64,000 nt of DNA from Bacteroidetes bacterium MED-G17 (GTDB taxonomy: Bacteria > Bacteroidota > Bacteroidia > NS11-12g > UBA9320): positions 11,742 through 75,741 of the forward strand of contig NTKK01000006.1 in assembly GCA_002457675.1 (NCBI GenBank), in the 5' to 3' direction. Shown piece after piece: positions 21,814-32,543 of the stretch. The notes under the pieces are model-generated. The model ran no database searches and was not told the DNA's origin. It saw nothing but the letters and a program-made list of their open reading frames with translations. Made by a program: the position numbers and the translations under genes. Numbering within the stretch: the first letter of the stretch is position 1; every line of letters begins with the position of its first letter.

Positions 21814-23355
21814 ATGGCGAAAGTTATATTAGAAAAAGCAAAGTGGGACAACTTATTTTCTCAACTCAAAAGTATCGCACCAGAATGTTTCAATCAAGAG
21901 GGTGATATTTTAAATTTAATAGAGGGTAAGTGGCAAAAAGAAGGCAATCTGAGACCCTTTAATTCTAGCGTAGATGGTACACTTCTTGGTCACTATCCCA
22001 TGCTTCAAAAAGAAGATGCTTTGCAAGCTGTAGAATATGGTAAAGAGGATTTCAACAAGTGGTCCAAAATCAGTTTGGAACGAAGAAAAGAGAAAGTTTC
22101 TTCTGTTGTCAAAGAAATTGAAAAGCACAAAGAACTCATTGCTTTGTTATTGGTTTGGGAAATTGGTAAGCCTTATAAGCAATCTCTCACGGGTGTAGAA
22201 AGATGTATAGATGGTGTTTATTGGTATATTGAAAATATAGATAATATGATGGATTCTCGAACTCCACTTGGTCTAATATCAAATATTGCATCTTGGAATT
22301 ACCCACTTTCTGTATTGGTACATGCTTGTTTGGTTCAAGTTTTGTGTGGGAGTGCTGTAATCGCCAAAACGCCTACTGACGGTGGATTATTTGCCTTAAC
22401 ATTATGTTTTGCCATTGCTAGAAGACAAGACTTACCTGTCTCTTTGCTAAGTGGTTCAGGTGCTGTATTGAGTGACGCCTTGGTGGCACATCCTTCAATT
22501 GACTGTTTGTCTTATGTCGGGGGGAAAAGCAATGGAAAAAGGATTGCAAATGCTGTCTTTAATCATAAAAAACGTTACATGCTGGAAATGGAGGGCATTA
22601 ATACATATGGCGTATGGAATTTTACAGATTGGGCTAACTTAGGAAAACAAATAAAATCTGGCTTTAAATATGGCAAGCAAAGATGCACCGCATATGCACG
22701 CTTTGTAGTGCAAAGGAAATTATTTCCCAAGTTTTTGGATATGTATTTACCTATATTGAAGTCGCTAAGTTATGGCAATCCTGTATTGGTTGAGGAGGGC
22801 AGTTCAGTTTTACCAGACTATGATTTTGGACCGATTATTAATGCCAAAAAAGTGAGCGACGTAAATGTCATGTTCAATGATGCGCTAGGCAAAGGAGCTG
22901 TTGCATTATATCAGGGTATTCTGGATTCAGATTTATTTTTAAATAAACAAGATACGTCAGCTTATTTTGCGCCTAGTTCTGTTTTAAATTTACCAAAAAA
23001 TGCAATGCTATACCACAATGAACCATTTGCGCCCTTAGACAGCATAGTTTTAGTGGATTCACCCGAAGAACTCGTAACTGAAATGAATGTTTCAAATGGG
23101 GCTTTGGTATCTTCTATTGCTTGTGATAATGAAATTCAAGCACGCGACTTAGCATCTCAATTGAGAGCTTACAAAGTGGGGATCAATAAAATGAAATCAA
23201 GAGGTGACAAACACCAAACTTTTGGGGGAATTGGAGAATCTTGGAAAGGTTGTTTTGTTGGAGGTGAATATTTGGTGAAATCTGTTACAAATGGTCCTGG
23301 TAGATTACACGGCAACTTCGATGATTATACTTTAATGCCTGAGCAAAGAGATTAA
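21814..23355 (+). CDS. aldehyde dehydrogenase family protein (divergent)
   Basis: ALDH catalytic Cys region [10 protein letters not shown] and a Glu region LEMEG; 513 aa. Confidence 0.7.
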   Translation: MAKVILEKAKWDNLFSQLKSIAPECFNQEGDILNLIEGKWQKEGNLRPFNSSVDGTLLGHYPMLQKEDALQAVEYGKEDFNKWSKISLERRKEKVSSVVKEIEKHKELIALLLVWEIGKPYKQSLTGVERCIDGVYWYIENIDNMMDSRTPLGLISNIASWNYPLSVLVHACLVQVLCGSAVIAKTPTDGGLFALTLCFAIARRQDLPVSLLSGSGAVLSDALVAHPSIDCLSYVGGKSNGKRIANAVFNHKKRYMLEMEGINTYGVWNFTDWANLGKQIKSGFKYGKQRCTAYARFVVQRKLFPKFLDMYLPILKSLSYGNPVLVEEGSSVLPDYDFGPIINAKKVSDVNVMFNDALGKGAVALYQGILDSDLFLNKQDTSAYFAPSSVLNLPKNAMLYHNEPFAPLDSIVLVDSPEELVTEMNVSNGALVSSIACDNEIQARDLASQLRAYKVGINKMKSRGDKHQTFGGIGESWKGCFVGGEYLVKSVTNGPGRLHGNFDDYTLMPEQRD

Positions 23356-24170
23356 TAACTCTCCTGCTCATTTGGAAAATCAATATTTCTGACATCATCA
23401 ATATACTTTCCAACCGCTGATTTGATATCATCGTAAAGATTCATGTATCTTCTTAAAAACCGTGGATTAAATTCATTGGTAATGCCTAACAAATCGTGCA
23501 AAACCAAAACTTGCCCGTCAGTTGCATTTCCTGCACCAATCCCAATAGTAGGAATGTGCAAGGTTTTGGAAACGTTTTCCGCCAGAGCAGATGGAATTTT
23601 TTCTAGCACAATAGAAAAGCAACCTGCTTCTTCTAATAGTTGGGCATCTACCATTAGTTTTTCTGCCTCCGCCTCTTCCTTTGCTCTTACAGCATATGTC
23701 CCGAACTTAAAAATGGATTGTGGGGTAAGTCCCAAATGGCCCATAACTGGAATACCTGCTGAAAGAATACGTTTTACAGATTCTAAAATTTCTTCACCGC
23801 CCTCCATTTTGATAGCATGAGCACCTGCTTCTTTCATAATCCTGATGGCCGATGCTAGTGCTTCTTTTGAATTTCCTTGATAAGATCCAAAAGGTAAATC
23901 AACCACTACAAGTGCCCTCTCAACAGCTTTTATTACAGATTGTGCATGGTAGATCATGTGGTCTAAAGTAATTGGGAGTGTAGAAATATGACCTGCCATT
24001 ACATTGCTTGCGGAATCTCCAACTAGGATAACATCAATACCCGCTGCATCTACAATTTTAGCTAGAGAATAGTCGTAACTTGTAAGCATAGAGATTTTCT
24101 GACTATGCTCTTTCATTTCCAACAATGAGTTGGTGGTTACTTTTTTAAATTCCAATTTGTGTTTAGCCAT
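23352..24170 (-). CDS. panB: 3-methyl-2-oxobutanoate hydroxymethyltransferase
   Basis: [29 protein letters not shown]...LGLTPQS motifs; 272 aa. Confidence 0.9.
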   Translation of the reverse strand: MAKHKLEFKKVTTNSLLEMKEHSQKISMLTSYDYSLAKIVDAAGIDVILVGDSASNVMAGHISTLPITLDHMIYHAQSVIKAVERALVVVDLPFGSYQGNSKEALASAIRIMKEAGAHAIKMEGGEEILESVKRILSAGIPVMGHLGLTPQSIFKFGTYAVRAKEEAEAEKLMVDAQLLEEAGCFSIVLEKIPSALAENVSKTLHIPTIGIGAGNATDGQVLVLHDLLGITNEFNPRFLRRYMNLYDDIKSAVGKYIDDVRNIDFPNEQESY

Positions 24171-25286
24171 TTAGTTATTACTTTCTTGTAAAAGTTCCAT
24201 AATTTTTTTTGTCAATTCTTGATTTTCTTTTTTGAGCTTTTGAATTTCTATTTGCGCTTCGTTGTTCTTATTTTTTTCTTTGTTAAGCACTTCCATAAGG
24301 TTCATGACCATATCACCATCTTGGTTTGATTCAATTTCCACTTTCATAGCCTCTAAATAATTTAATCTTCTTTGTTGTTCTTCTAGTTGCATATTTAAGT
24401 CTCTTATTTCCAATTCCTTAATTTCAAATTTGTTTAAGAGTCTTTTTAGTTTGCCAGAATTTATGGTGTCCTGAATGGCAATATTTTGATAGCCTACAAG
24501 TTCTCGTTTTAGAGCAAGATTCTCTGCTCTATGATTGTTTACTTTTGTTCGTAAAAGTTTGATAAGTTCAAAAAGCTGTGGGTCTTCTTCTTTGGTTTCT
24601 TCTTTTTTTAATTTTTCCTCTTGCATCAAATTTATCTCTAAACTTTCTATTGAGATAGCAGATTCTGCTCCAACAAAAAATCCGATTTGTCCAGATTCAT
24701 TAAGTTTATCAATAAATGAAGTTTGATATTTATTGTCTATATATAAATCAAATACATTTTTAAAAGACCGTAACCTAATTTCATGAAAACCGGCTGTTTT
24801 TAGACTTTTACAAGACACCCAGCCATCGTTACTTTTGTTACTAAACTTACTTAATTTTTTATTACTTAGTTGTAAAAGTCGAAAACCCTTTTTTGAATGG
24901 AATTCAATAATTAAGGCACTTTGATCTTTATCATTTGCATGAACAACAATACCTGCGGAACTATATTTTTGAGAAAAAGTCAGTCCATTTAAACTAAATT
25001 GTTTTTTGTCATCGATAAGTTCCATTTGGGTAATTAATTCAAAATTGGAAAGTGACGAAATACTATCGTTGGTGAATACACTAAATCCGTTTTCTGCTTT
25101 TCTTATAAGTTGATATTGGCCGTTTTCTATCGAGGCATTATCAAAAGAGTTTTGTTGGATCGGCCAGAATTCATTTTCTATTTCAAAATTTTCCTGCACA
25201 TAGGGATAGGAAAATTTCTTAAATATCCTCTGTGCAAGAATAAGGTTGCTAAAAAACAAACTTAAAATGAGTGCAAAATATCGCAT
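24171..25286 (-). CDS. hypothetical secreted protein with long C-terminal coiled-coil
   Basis: Signal peptide MRYFALILSLFFSNLILAQ. C-terminal about 150 aa with a heptad-like E/K/L/Q-rich sequence. Abuts panB with no gap. Confidence 0.5.
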   Translation of the reverse strand: MRYFALILSLFFSNLILAQRIFKKFSYPYVQENFEIENEFWPIQQNSFDNASIENGQYQLIRKAENGFSVFTNDSISSLSNFELITQMELIDDKKQFSLNGLTFSQKYSSAGIVVHANDKDQSALIIEFHSKKGFRLLQLSNKKLSKFSNKSNDGWVSCKSLKTAGFHEIRLRSFKNVFDLYIDNKYQTSFIDKLNESGQIGFFVGAESAISIESLEINLMQEEKLKKEETKEEDPQLFELIKLLRTKVNNHRAENLALKRELVGYQNIAIQDTINSGKLKRLLNKFEIKELEIRDLNMQLEEQQRRLNYLEAMKVEIESNQDGDMVMNLMEVLNKEKNKNNEAQIEIQKLKKENQELTKKIMELLQESNN

Positions 25287-25301
25287 ATTTGTGACCTCGC
25301 T

Positions 25302-26378
25302 GTGGGAAACAAAACTAAGTCAATTATATTTTTAACTCAATCAATTACCAAGCAAATATTTCTTTTATTCATATGTAGCACTTTGGTTGTCCACGTCGCA
25401 TGCAATGATGTAATAGATGTAACAGCAAATTGGAAATCGATTCCAGTAGTTTTTGGGGTCCTAAACCCAACAAACGATAGCACATTTATTCGCATCAACA
25501 AAGCTTATTTAAATCAGAACGAAAATGACGCACAATTCGCAAATGTTTCAGACAGTCTATTTTTCGACTCACTTGAGGTGTACATCGAGGAGTTTGAAAA
25601 TGGGAATTTCACCGGAAATAAAATTGAACTAATGAAAATAAATGCTAGGCAATGGGGTGTTGATAAAGACTCAGGTTCGTTTGCCTATCAAAGCCATTTT
25701 TTGTATTACACAAACTATAATTTTAAAGAAACCATATTTCAAGAAAATTATGTTTACCGATTAACGGTGAAAATAATTGATAATTCAAATACGAATAAGT
25801 CTTATTATGCGGAAACCAAATCGGTTGGTTCAATTACCTCTACTTCGCCTAGATTCGACAGACCACCAGTTTTTCTAAATATCTCAGACGAAGGTGATTT
25901 TCGAATCCTATTCTCGGAAGCTTATAATGCTACAACTTACGATTTAGTCATAAGAATGAAATATGATGAATACTTAAAAGATAATCCAAGCCAAAAAGAA
26001 GCTAAAATTTTGAGCTATACAGGTCAATCTGGAGTAATAGGAAACCCCAAAGGAGGGGATATCAATGCGCTCAGTTTCCCAGGCGCATCGTATTATAATT
26101 TTCTAGAAAGCAGTCTTGAAGCAAATTCAAAAATAGAGAGAGAAATAAAAGGCTTTGATGTAATTATTATTGGGGGAGATCAACAGCTTTCAACCTACAT
26201 AGAGGTCAGTAAACCATCAATCGGTATCATTCAAAAACGTCCCGAATACACAAATATTGTTGGTGGAAGAGGTGTTTTTGGAAGCAAATTTGAACGCAGG
26301 TACGAGAACATTGGTGTTAATCCTGACATGCTCAAACGATTAAGAGACAACGAAAAAACAGAAAAACTCAATTTTTAA
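25302..26378 (+). CDS. hypothetical lipoprotein (possibly DUF4249-like)
   Basis: Lipobox ...LVVHVAC preceded by a hydrophobic stretch. Only 15 bp from the divergent neighbour's start, so the start codon is uncertain. Family guess weak. Confidence 0.4.
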   Translation: MGNKTKSIIFLTQSITKQIFLLFICSTLVVHVACNDVIDVTANWKSIPVVFGVLNPTNDSTFIRINKAYLNQNENDAQFANVSDSLFFDSLEVYIEEFENGNFTGNKIELMKINARQWGVDKDSGSFAYQSHFLYYTNYNFKETIFQENYVYRLTVKIIDNSNTNKSYYAETKSVGSITSTSPRFDRPPVFLNISDEGDFRILFSEAYNATTYDLVIRMKYDEYLKDNPSQKEAKILSYTGQSGVIGNPKGGDINALSFPGASYYNFLESSLEANSKIEREIKGFDVIIIGGDQQLSTYIEVSKPSIGIIQKRPEYTNIVGGRGVFGSKFERRYENIGVNPDMLKRLRDNEKTEKLNF

Positions 26379-26443
26379 TGCCTTTTTGGCAGTAATATAA
26401 GTTCTCCATACTTTGGCATTTTACTTGATATTACGGGTTTACT

Positions 26444-28357
26444 ATGAGTAAAGTAATAGGTATAGACCTTGGAACAACCAATTCTGTGGTTAGCGTTATG
26501 GAAGGTAACGAACCAGTGGTTATTCCCAACAGCGAAGGCCGACGAACCACACCAAGTATCGTTGCTTTTTTGGATAATGGTAATGGAGAAAGAAAAGTGG
26601 GCGATCCAGCGAAAAGACAAGCCATTACCAATCCAGTAAACACCATTAGTTCTATAAAGCGATTTATGGGAACACGGTTCTCTAAACTAAAAAAAGAAGC
26701 AGAAAGAGTTCCTTACAGCGTTGTAGAAGGTTCAAATGATACGCCGAGGGTGTTAATTGGTGATAGAAAATACACCCCACAAGAAATATCAGCTATAATT
26801 CTTCAAAAAATGAAAAAAACTGCAGAAGACTATCTCGGTACTTCTGTAGAAAGAGCAGTAATTACTGTGCCGGCATATTTCAACGACAGCCAAAGACAAG
26901 CTACTAAAGAAGCGGGAGAAATTGCTGGTTTTAAAGTAGAAAGAATCGTAAACGAACCAACGGCTGCGGCCTTGGCTTATGGTCTAGATAAAAGAAATAA
27001 AGATATGACCATTGCTGTCTATGATCTCGGAGGTGGAACCTTTGATGTGTCAATCTTAGAGCTAGGCGATGGAGTATTTGAAGTAAAATCTACCAATGGA
27101 GACACACACCTTGGTGGAGATGATTTTGATCAAGTTATTATAAATTGGCTCGCAAATGAGTTCTATAGTGATGAGAATATGGAACTAAAGAAAGATCCTG
27201 CTGCATTACAAAGACTGAAAGAGGCGGCAGAAAAAGCCAAAATTGAACTTTCTAGTTCTGCTGAAACAGAAATCAACTTACCATACATAACTATTAAAGA
27301 CAATGTTCCAAAGCATTTGGTGCGCAAACTAACTCGTGCCAAATTTGAGCAACTGGCAGACGAATTGGTGCAAAGAACATTGGAGCCATGTAAGCAAGCA
27401 TTGGCAGATGCAGGACTCAAAATTGCTGAAATAGATGACATAATTTTGGTAGGAGGTTCTACACGAATTCCTAAAATTCAAGAAGAAGTACAGAAGTTCT
27501 TTGATAAAGAGCCTTCAAAGGGTGTTAATCCCGACGAAGTTGTAGCAATTGGTGCAGCAATTCAAGGCGGTGTGCTTACTGGCGAAGTAAAAGATGTTTT
27601 GCTTTTAGATGTAACACCACTCTCATTAGGTATAGAAACACTTGGTGGTGTTATGACCAAGCTTATTGAATCGAATACAACTATCCCCACCAAGAAGTCT
27701 GAAACATTTAGCACAGCAGCAGACAACCAACCCTCTGTGGAAATTCATGTTCTACAAGGTGAAAGATCAATGGCCAAGGACAACAAAACCATAGGAAGAT
27801 TTCACTTAAGCGACATCCCACCGGCACCAAGAGGCGTTCCACAAGTTGAAGTTACTTTTGATATCGATGCCAACGGAATTCTCAATGTGAGTGCGAAAGA
27901 CAAAGGAACAGGTAAAGAGCAGAAGATAAAAATTGAAGCTTCCTCTGGATTAAGTGAAGAAGAGATTGAAAAAATGAAGAAAGAAGCTGAAGCCAATGCA
28001 GATTCGGATGCCAAAGCCAAAGAAGAGATTGATAAGTTTAATGCAGCCGATGCTTTGGTGTTTTCTACCGAAAAACAATTAAATGAATTTGGTGATAAAA
28101 TCCCAGCGGACAAAAAAGACAAGATTACCAAAGCCACAGATGCTTTGAAAAAAGCACATTCCGATAAAAACCTGGCTGATATTGAAAAATATACAGAAGA
28201 ACTCAACACTGTTTGGCAAGAAGCCTCACAAGATATTTATCAAGCGCAGCAAGAAGCGGGTGGTGCACCCAATGCGGAAAATGGTAGCCAAGAGAGCAAT
28301 CCAAATCCCAACGAAGATGGTGATGTTCAAGATGCAGATTTTGAAGAAGTTAAATAA
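26444..28357 (+). CDS. dnaK: molecular chaperone DnaK (Hsp70)
   Basis: [32 protein letters not shown]; 637 aa. Confidence 0.97.
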   Translation: MSKVIGIDLGTTNSVVSVMEGNEPVVIPNSEGRRTTPSIVAFLDNGNGERKVGDPAKRQAITNPVNTISSIKRFMGTRFSKLKKEAERVPYSVVEGSNDTPRVLIGDRKYTPQEISAIILQKMKKTAEDYLGTSVERAVITVPAYFNDSQRQATKEAGEIAGFKVERIVNEPTAAALAYGLDKRNKDMTIAVYDLGGGTFDVSILELGDGVFEVKSTNGDTHLGGDDFDQVIINWLANEFYSDENMELKKDPAALQRLKEAAEKAKIELSSSAETEINLPYITIKDNVPKHLVRKLTRAKFEQLADELVQRTLEPCKQALADAGLKIAEIDDIILVGGSTRIPKIQEEVQKFFDKEPSKGVNPDEVVAIGAAIQGGVLTGEVKDVLLLDVTPLSLGIETLGGVMTKLIESNTTIPTKKSETFSTAADNQPSVEIHVLQGERSMAKDNKTIGRFHLSDIPPAPRGVPQVEVTFDIDANGILNVSAKDKGTGKEQKIKIEASSGLSEEEIEKMKKEAEANADSDAKAKEEIDKFNAADALVFSTEKQLNEFGDKIPADKKDKITKATDALKKAHSDKNLADIEKYTEELNTVWQEASQDIYQAQQEAGGAPNAENGSQESNPNPNEDGDVQDADFEEVK

Positions 28358-28379
28358 ACATAAAAATTCACAAACAACA

Positions 28380-28404
28380 AAACCCGCTTTTTGCGGGTTT
28401 TTTT
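28380..28404 (+). terminator. Rho-independent terminator after dnaK
   Basis: AAACCCGC-ttttt-GCGGGTTT stem-loop followed by a T-run, 23 nt after the dnaK stop. Confidence 0.8.
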
Positions 28405-28428
28405 ATGTCCTCAATTATTTTTGGACCC

Positions 28429-29136
28429 ATGCAACTATTTTTTTCGCAAAACATAGAATATGAAAATATTTTTTTTGGTCAAGAAGAGTTGCATCATCTT
28501 AAAGTCACCCGCAAAAAAATAGGTGACAGCATAATAGTTGTCGATGGGAAATCAAACGCTTTTAGGGCGCGTATTGAAAAAATAACAAGATCCGGGGCAG
28601 AGGCAACCATTATTTCAGCATATAAATCTCCTGAAATATCATCAGCTATGCCATATCAACTTCACTTAGTTGTTTCACCTTCTAAGAACCTTGAAAGAAT
28701 GGAATGGCTAGTAGAAAAAGTTTGCGAGCTTGGTATTCAAAAAATCACCTTTATTACTACCGAACACTCAGAAAGAAAAAAGCTCAAATTCGACCGATTA
28801 CATAGGAAAGCTATATCAGCTATGAAACAAAGTAAAAAAAGCTTTCTGCCTAAATTTCAGATGCTGACAATAAATGAATTTTTGGTTAATGAATTTATTG
28901 GGACGCTTTGTATAGCACACTGTCAAGGGTCTGACAAAACTTCAATAAGCAATATAAAATGGCAAAAAAATGAACCAATAACTATAATGATTGGACCTGA
29001 AGGTGATTTTACCCCAAAAGAGATACATCTTGCAGAACAAAAGGGATTTAAATCGATAAGCTTGGGTAGCTCCCGATTAAGAACTGAAACTGCCGCACTT
29101 TTTGCTGTGACTTGTGTTTATGCACATTTTTCTTAA
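28429..29136 (+). CDS. rsmE: 16S rRNA (uracil1498-N3)-methyltransferase RsmE
   Basis: RsmE-like PUA-like N-domain and C-terminal SPOUT region (ITIMIGPEGDFTPKE). The start is moved from 28405 to the in-frame ATG at 28429, because 28405 lies inside the dnaK terminator. Confidence 0.8.
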   Translation: MQLFFSQNIEYENIFFGQEELHHLKVTRKKIGDSIIVVDGKSNAFRARIEKITRSGAEATIISAYKSPEISSAMPYQLHLVVSPSKNLERMEWLVEKVCELGIQKITFITTEHSERKKLKFDRLHRKAISAMKQSKKSFLPKFQMLTINEFLVNEFIGTLCIAHCQGSDKTSISNIKWQKNEPITIMIGPEGDFTPKEIHLAEQKGFKSISLGSSRLRTETAALFAVTCVYAHFS

Positions 29137-29148
29137 TTTGCACTCATT

Positions 29149-30078
29149 ATGAAAATATTTATTCAACGCCTTACGACTATACATAAGCAAATTGATGAAA
29201 TTTATCCTAAAATCGCAGATTTTAGTGAATGGAAAATTTGGTCTCCTTGGCTCATTGCTGATCCGAAAACGAGGATAAATATTTCAGAAAATGGAAAGTT
29301 CTATCAATGGGAAAGTCCTATAACAGGTACTGGCAATATGAAAATTATGGAAGAAAATAAACCTAGCCAAATCGATATGAATTTACAGTTTTTAAAACCT
29401 ATGAAATCGAGGTCTAAAGTTTCTTTTTTTTTAGAGCCCCAAGGGCCTAATACCAAGGTGACTTGGACGATGGAATTTAATGCACCAATCTTTTTTGTCT
29501 TCTGGAAAAAATCAATGGAAAATTTTATAGGTATGGATTACGAAAGAGGCTTACTTATGCTAAAAGACTATTGTGAAAAAGGAAATATTCCTTCGTATTT
29601 AACATTTAGCGGAATCAAAAACGTTGCGAGCAAAAAATATATTGGAATAAAAACTACGTGTGAAATGAATCAAATAGATAAGCACATGTCAGCAGATTTT
29701 GAGCAATTATTTGCCTTTGTAAATAAGGGGTTTGATGATGTTGTAACTTCGGGAAAAGGAATGTCATTATACCATAAATGGGATATGGCTAAGAAAATTA
29801 CAACGTATACAGCCGCAATTGAAGTAAAAGATTTTCCACCCAAAATACCCTTACAATTTGTTAAGGGGACCATCCCAGCATCCAAATTTTATTGTATTGA
29901 GCACAAAGGCCCTTATCGGTACATGGGGAACGCATGGGCAGTGCAAATGATGCATAAACGGAGTAAGCAGTTTAAAGCAAACAAGGGCATTTCACCAATG
30001 GAGCTATACCACAACAGCCCCAAAGAGGTGGCAAATACAAGTGATCTTATTACGGAAGTAATGATGGCTACAAAATGA
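29149..30078 (+). CDS. two-domain protein: SRPBCC (Bet v1/polyketide-cyclase-like) N-domain plus GyrI-like small-molecule-binding C-domain (hypothetical)
   Basis: Pattern recognition only; 309 aa, no signal peptide. Confidence 0.4.
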   Translation: MKIFIQRLTTIHKQIDEIYPKIADFSEWKIWSPWLIADPKTRINISENGKFYQWESPITGTGNMKIMEENKPSQIDMNLQFLKPMKSRSKVSFFLEPQGPNTKVTWTMEFNAPIFFVFWKKSMENFIGMDYERGLLMLKDYCEKGNIPSYLTFSGIKNVASKKYIGIKTTCEMNQIDKHMSADFEQLFAFVNKGFDDVVTSGKGMSLYHKWDMAKKITTYTAAIEVKDFPPKIPLQFVKGTIPASKFYCIEHKGPYRYMGNAWAVQMMHKRSKQFKANKGISPMELYHNSPKEVANTSDLITEVMMATK

Positions 30079-30725
30079 GGATTTTTATAATCATCGCTTT
30101 ATTTTTTGTTTCTATGGCTCCAAAATCTGGGGTAAAATTGGCTAAACTTAAATACAATGGTGGTGGGGATTGGTATTCCAATAGAACAGCTTTGCCAAAT
30201 CTAATTGCTTTTTGTAACAAAAATTTAGGTACCCAAATCATTGAGAATGAAGATGAAATAGAAGTTGGCTCGGTACAAATATTTAATTATCCATACATTT
30301 ACATGACGGGTCATGGAAACGTAGAATTTTCAGTTGATGAAGCAAAAAATTTAAGAAAATACCTTTTAGCTGGTGGATTTTTGCATATAGACGACAATTA
30401 TGGCTTAGATCCATATATAAGGCCTCAGATGAAAAAAGTTTTTCCTGAATTAGATTTTGTGGAATTGCCCTTTAGTCATAGTATTTACCATAAAGCATTT
30501 TCATTTAAGAATGGATTGCCCAAGGTACACATGCACGACAATAAACCAGCCCGTGGTTTCGGTTTGATATATGAAGGCAGGCTGGTCTGTTTTTATGATA
30601 CAGAATGCGACTTAGGGAATGGATGGGAGGATGAAGGAATATACCCAGAAGACTCTCCCGAAATAAGGAAAAAAGCCCTGCAAATGGGTGCAAATATTAT
30701 TCAATATGTGTTCGAAGGATATTAG
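30075..30725 (+). CDS. DUF4159 domain protein (class I glutamine amidotransferase-like fold)
   Basis: Signal peptide and the KLKYNGGGDWYSN motif characteristic of DUF4159. Start overlaps the upstream stop (ATGA). Confidence 0.55.
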   Translation: MRIFIIIALFFVSMAPKSGVKLAKLKYNGGGDWYSNRTALPNLIAFCNKNLGTQIIENEDEIEVGSVQIFNYPYIYMTGHGNVEFSVDEAKNLRKYLLAGGFLHIDDNYGLDPYIRPQMKKVFPELDFVELPFSHSIYHKAFSFKNGLPKVHMHDNKPARGFGLIYEGRLVCFYDTECDLGNGWEDEGIYPEDSPEIRKKALQMGANIIQYVFEGY

Positions 30726-32533
30726 CGCTTAGGTCTTCCAGAATACGGATCAATTCCCCTTTTTTTAGCCATTTCTTCAATTTTTTTCTGAAATCTAGAC
30801 TTTTTAACCGGCCCCACCTTTTTCTTGTTAGCCTCTATTTGTTTTTTGATTTTGTTTTCATCTACAAAAAATCTTTTTATCAATGCATTTTGTCCAAACG
30901 TAATCATGTTGGCCAGAAAGTAGTAAAAACTAAGTGCAGCAGGGTAGTTATTAAAAAAACCTAAAAACATGATGGGCATTATATAACTAATTACTTTCAT
31001 TTGACCAGTAGCACCACTCATGGAATTGTTCAGTCGTGTATATATCAGTGTTGAAATGGTCATCAGTAAAGTAAATAAACTGACATGGTCTCCATAAAAT
31101 GGTATTTCAAAACCCAAATCTAGAATGGAGTCATAAGTAGAAAGATCTTTACACCACCACAATTTCTCTTGTCTAAGTTCTATAGATGACGGAAAAAACC
31201 TAAACATGGCAAATAAAATTGGCATTTGAATCAAGAGGGGTAAACAACCACCGAAAGGACTTGCACCAGCTTTTTTATACAATTTCATCTGCTCTTGTTG
31301 CATTTTTTGCATGTTATCTCCGTATTTTTCCTTCATTGCGTCAATCTCCGGTTTTAAAACCCGCATTTTGGCCATACTGACGTAAGATTTGAAGGTCAAT
31401 GGAGAAAGCACCAATTTTAAAATAATAGTTAGCATGAGTATGATGACTCCGTAGCTATTGAAAAATGAACTTAAAAAATTAAAAATAGGTATAACCGCTA
31501 ATTTATTTACCCAACTGATGATGCTAGGTCCTAAGGGTATCATTTTTTCTAGATTGAGTGATTGCTTCCTGAGTGTTTGATAATGATTGGGTCCCATGTA
31601 AAACGACATATCATAGCTTTCCTTTGGGTTAAAGTCATAACTTAGGTAAATTTCAGCTTCAGCTTTTTTAACCCAATCAGTATTGTTCTCATTTTCTGGC
31701 GACTCAATTTTGATTTGGCTACCATCATCAATAAAATTGTCATGGGCAATAATTGTTGTATTGAAAAACTTCTGTTTAAATGATATCCAATTGATTTCAC
31801 CTTGCAGTGTTTTGTCTTCCTTTGTGATATAATCTATCGATTCATTTTCTCTATATTTAAATAAAATTCGGGAAGCTTCCCTCTCATTTTTTGCACTTTG
31901 CTCAAGTAAGGGTTGTTGGAGACCCATCTTAAGGGTTAAATAACCTTGTTTTCTTGGAACAATATTATCAAAACCTATAAGACTAACTTGTTGGCTTAAG
32001 ATGTAATTTTCTTTTAGTTGATAAGCAATAAGAATGCTTTGTTCTTCGCTTAGTTTACTTTCTAGAACAAGCTTATTTTTATTTGCCGATTTTTGGGTGA
32101 ATAAGAGCTGGTTTGTGGCAATAGGGCCTTCCATTGTAGGGATGCTGATATTGTATTTAAACTCCTGTTTATCAAATAAATAAAGATCATTTTGACTATG
32201 GGTTTTGTATTTCTTTAAGCAAATGTTTTCAGGTGCTCCTCCAAAATTGCTGATGGCAATTTTACGCTTATCATCTTCTAGATAAAAGAATTTTTGATTG
32301 GCATTTTTATTTAATCGAAGTGCTTCCTCATCGGACGATTCCACCATACCCGAGTCAATGGCATTTAATGTTGTGCTATCAGGTAACATACTAGTTACAG
32401 AGACACTATCTTCCTTCGTCTTATTTTGCTGAATTTCTTTGTAATTTTCTCTGTTAATATACCAAAAAACGCCAATAATAACGGCGATAAGCAAGTATCC
32501 AACACTAGCACTTCTGTCCATAAAAGATGGCAA
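30722..32533 (-). CDS. yidC: membrane protein insertase YidC (long Bacteroidota form)
   Basis: 603 aa; large periplasmic domain; C-terminal 60-kDa IMP core with GGCLPLLIQMPILFAMF. Confidence 0.9.
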   Translation of the reverse strand: MPSFMDRSASVGYLLIAVIIGVFWYINRENYKEIQQNKTKEDSVSVTSMLPDSTTLNAIDSGMVESSDEEALRLNKNANQKFFYLEDDKRKIAISNFGGAPENICLKKYKTHSQNDLYLFDKQEFKYNISIPTMEGPIATNQLLFTQKSANKNKLVLESKLSEEQSILIAYQLKENYILSQQVSLIGFDNIVPRKQGYLTLKMGLQQPLLEQSAKNEREASRILFKYRENESIDYITKEDKTLQGEINWISFKQKFFNTTIIAHDNFIDDGSQIKIESPENENNTDWVKKAEAEIYLSYDFNPKESYDMSFYMGPNHYQTLRKQSLNLEKMIPLGPSIISWVNKLAVIPIFNFLSSFFNSYGVIILMLTIILKLVLSPLTFKSYVSMAKMRVLKPEIDAMKEKYGDNMQKMQQEQMKLYKKAGASPFGGCLPLLIQMPILFAMFRFFPSSIELRQEKLWWCKDLSTYDSILDLGFEIPFYGDHVSLFTLLMTISTLIYTRLNNSMSGATGQMKVISYIMPIMFLGFFNNYPAALSFYYFLANMITFGQNALIKRFFVDENKIKKQIEANKKKVGPVKKSRFQKKIEEMAKKRGIDPYSGRPKR

Positions 32534-32543
32534 ATTTAAAGAT

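Noticed and set aside
28405-28428. Start of rsmE at 28405 as given in the ORF track.
   Set aside because: That start codon lies inside the dnaK terminator stem and T-run. The in-frame ATG at 28429 (MQLFF...) matches RsmE N-termini.
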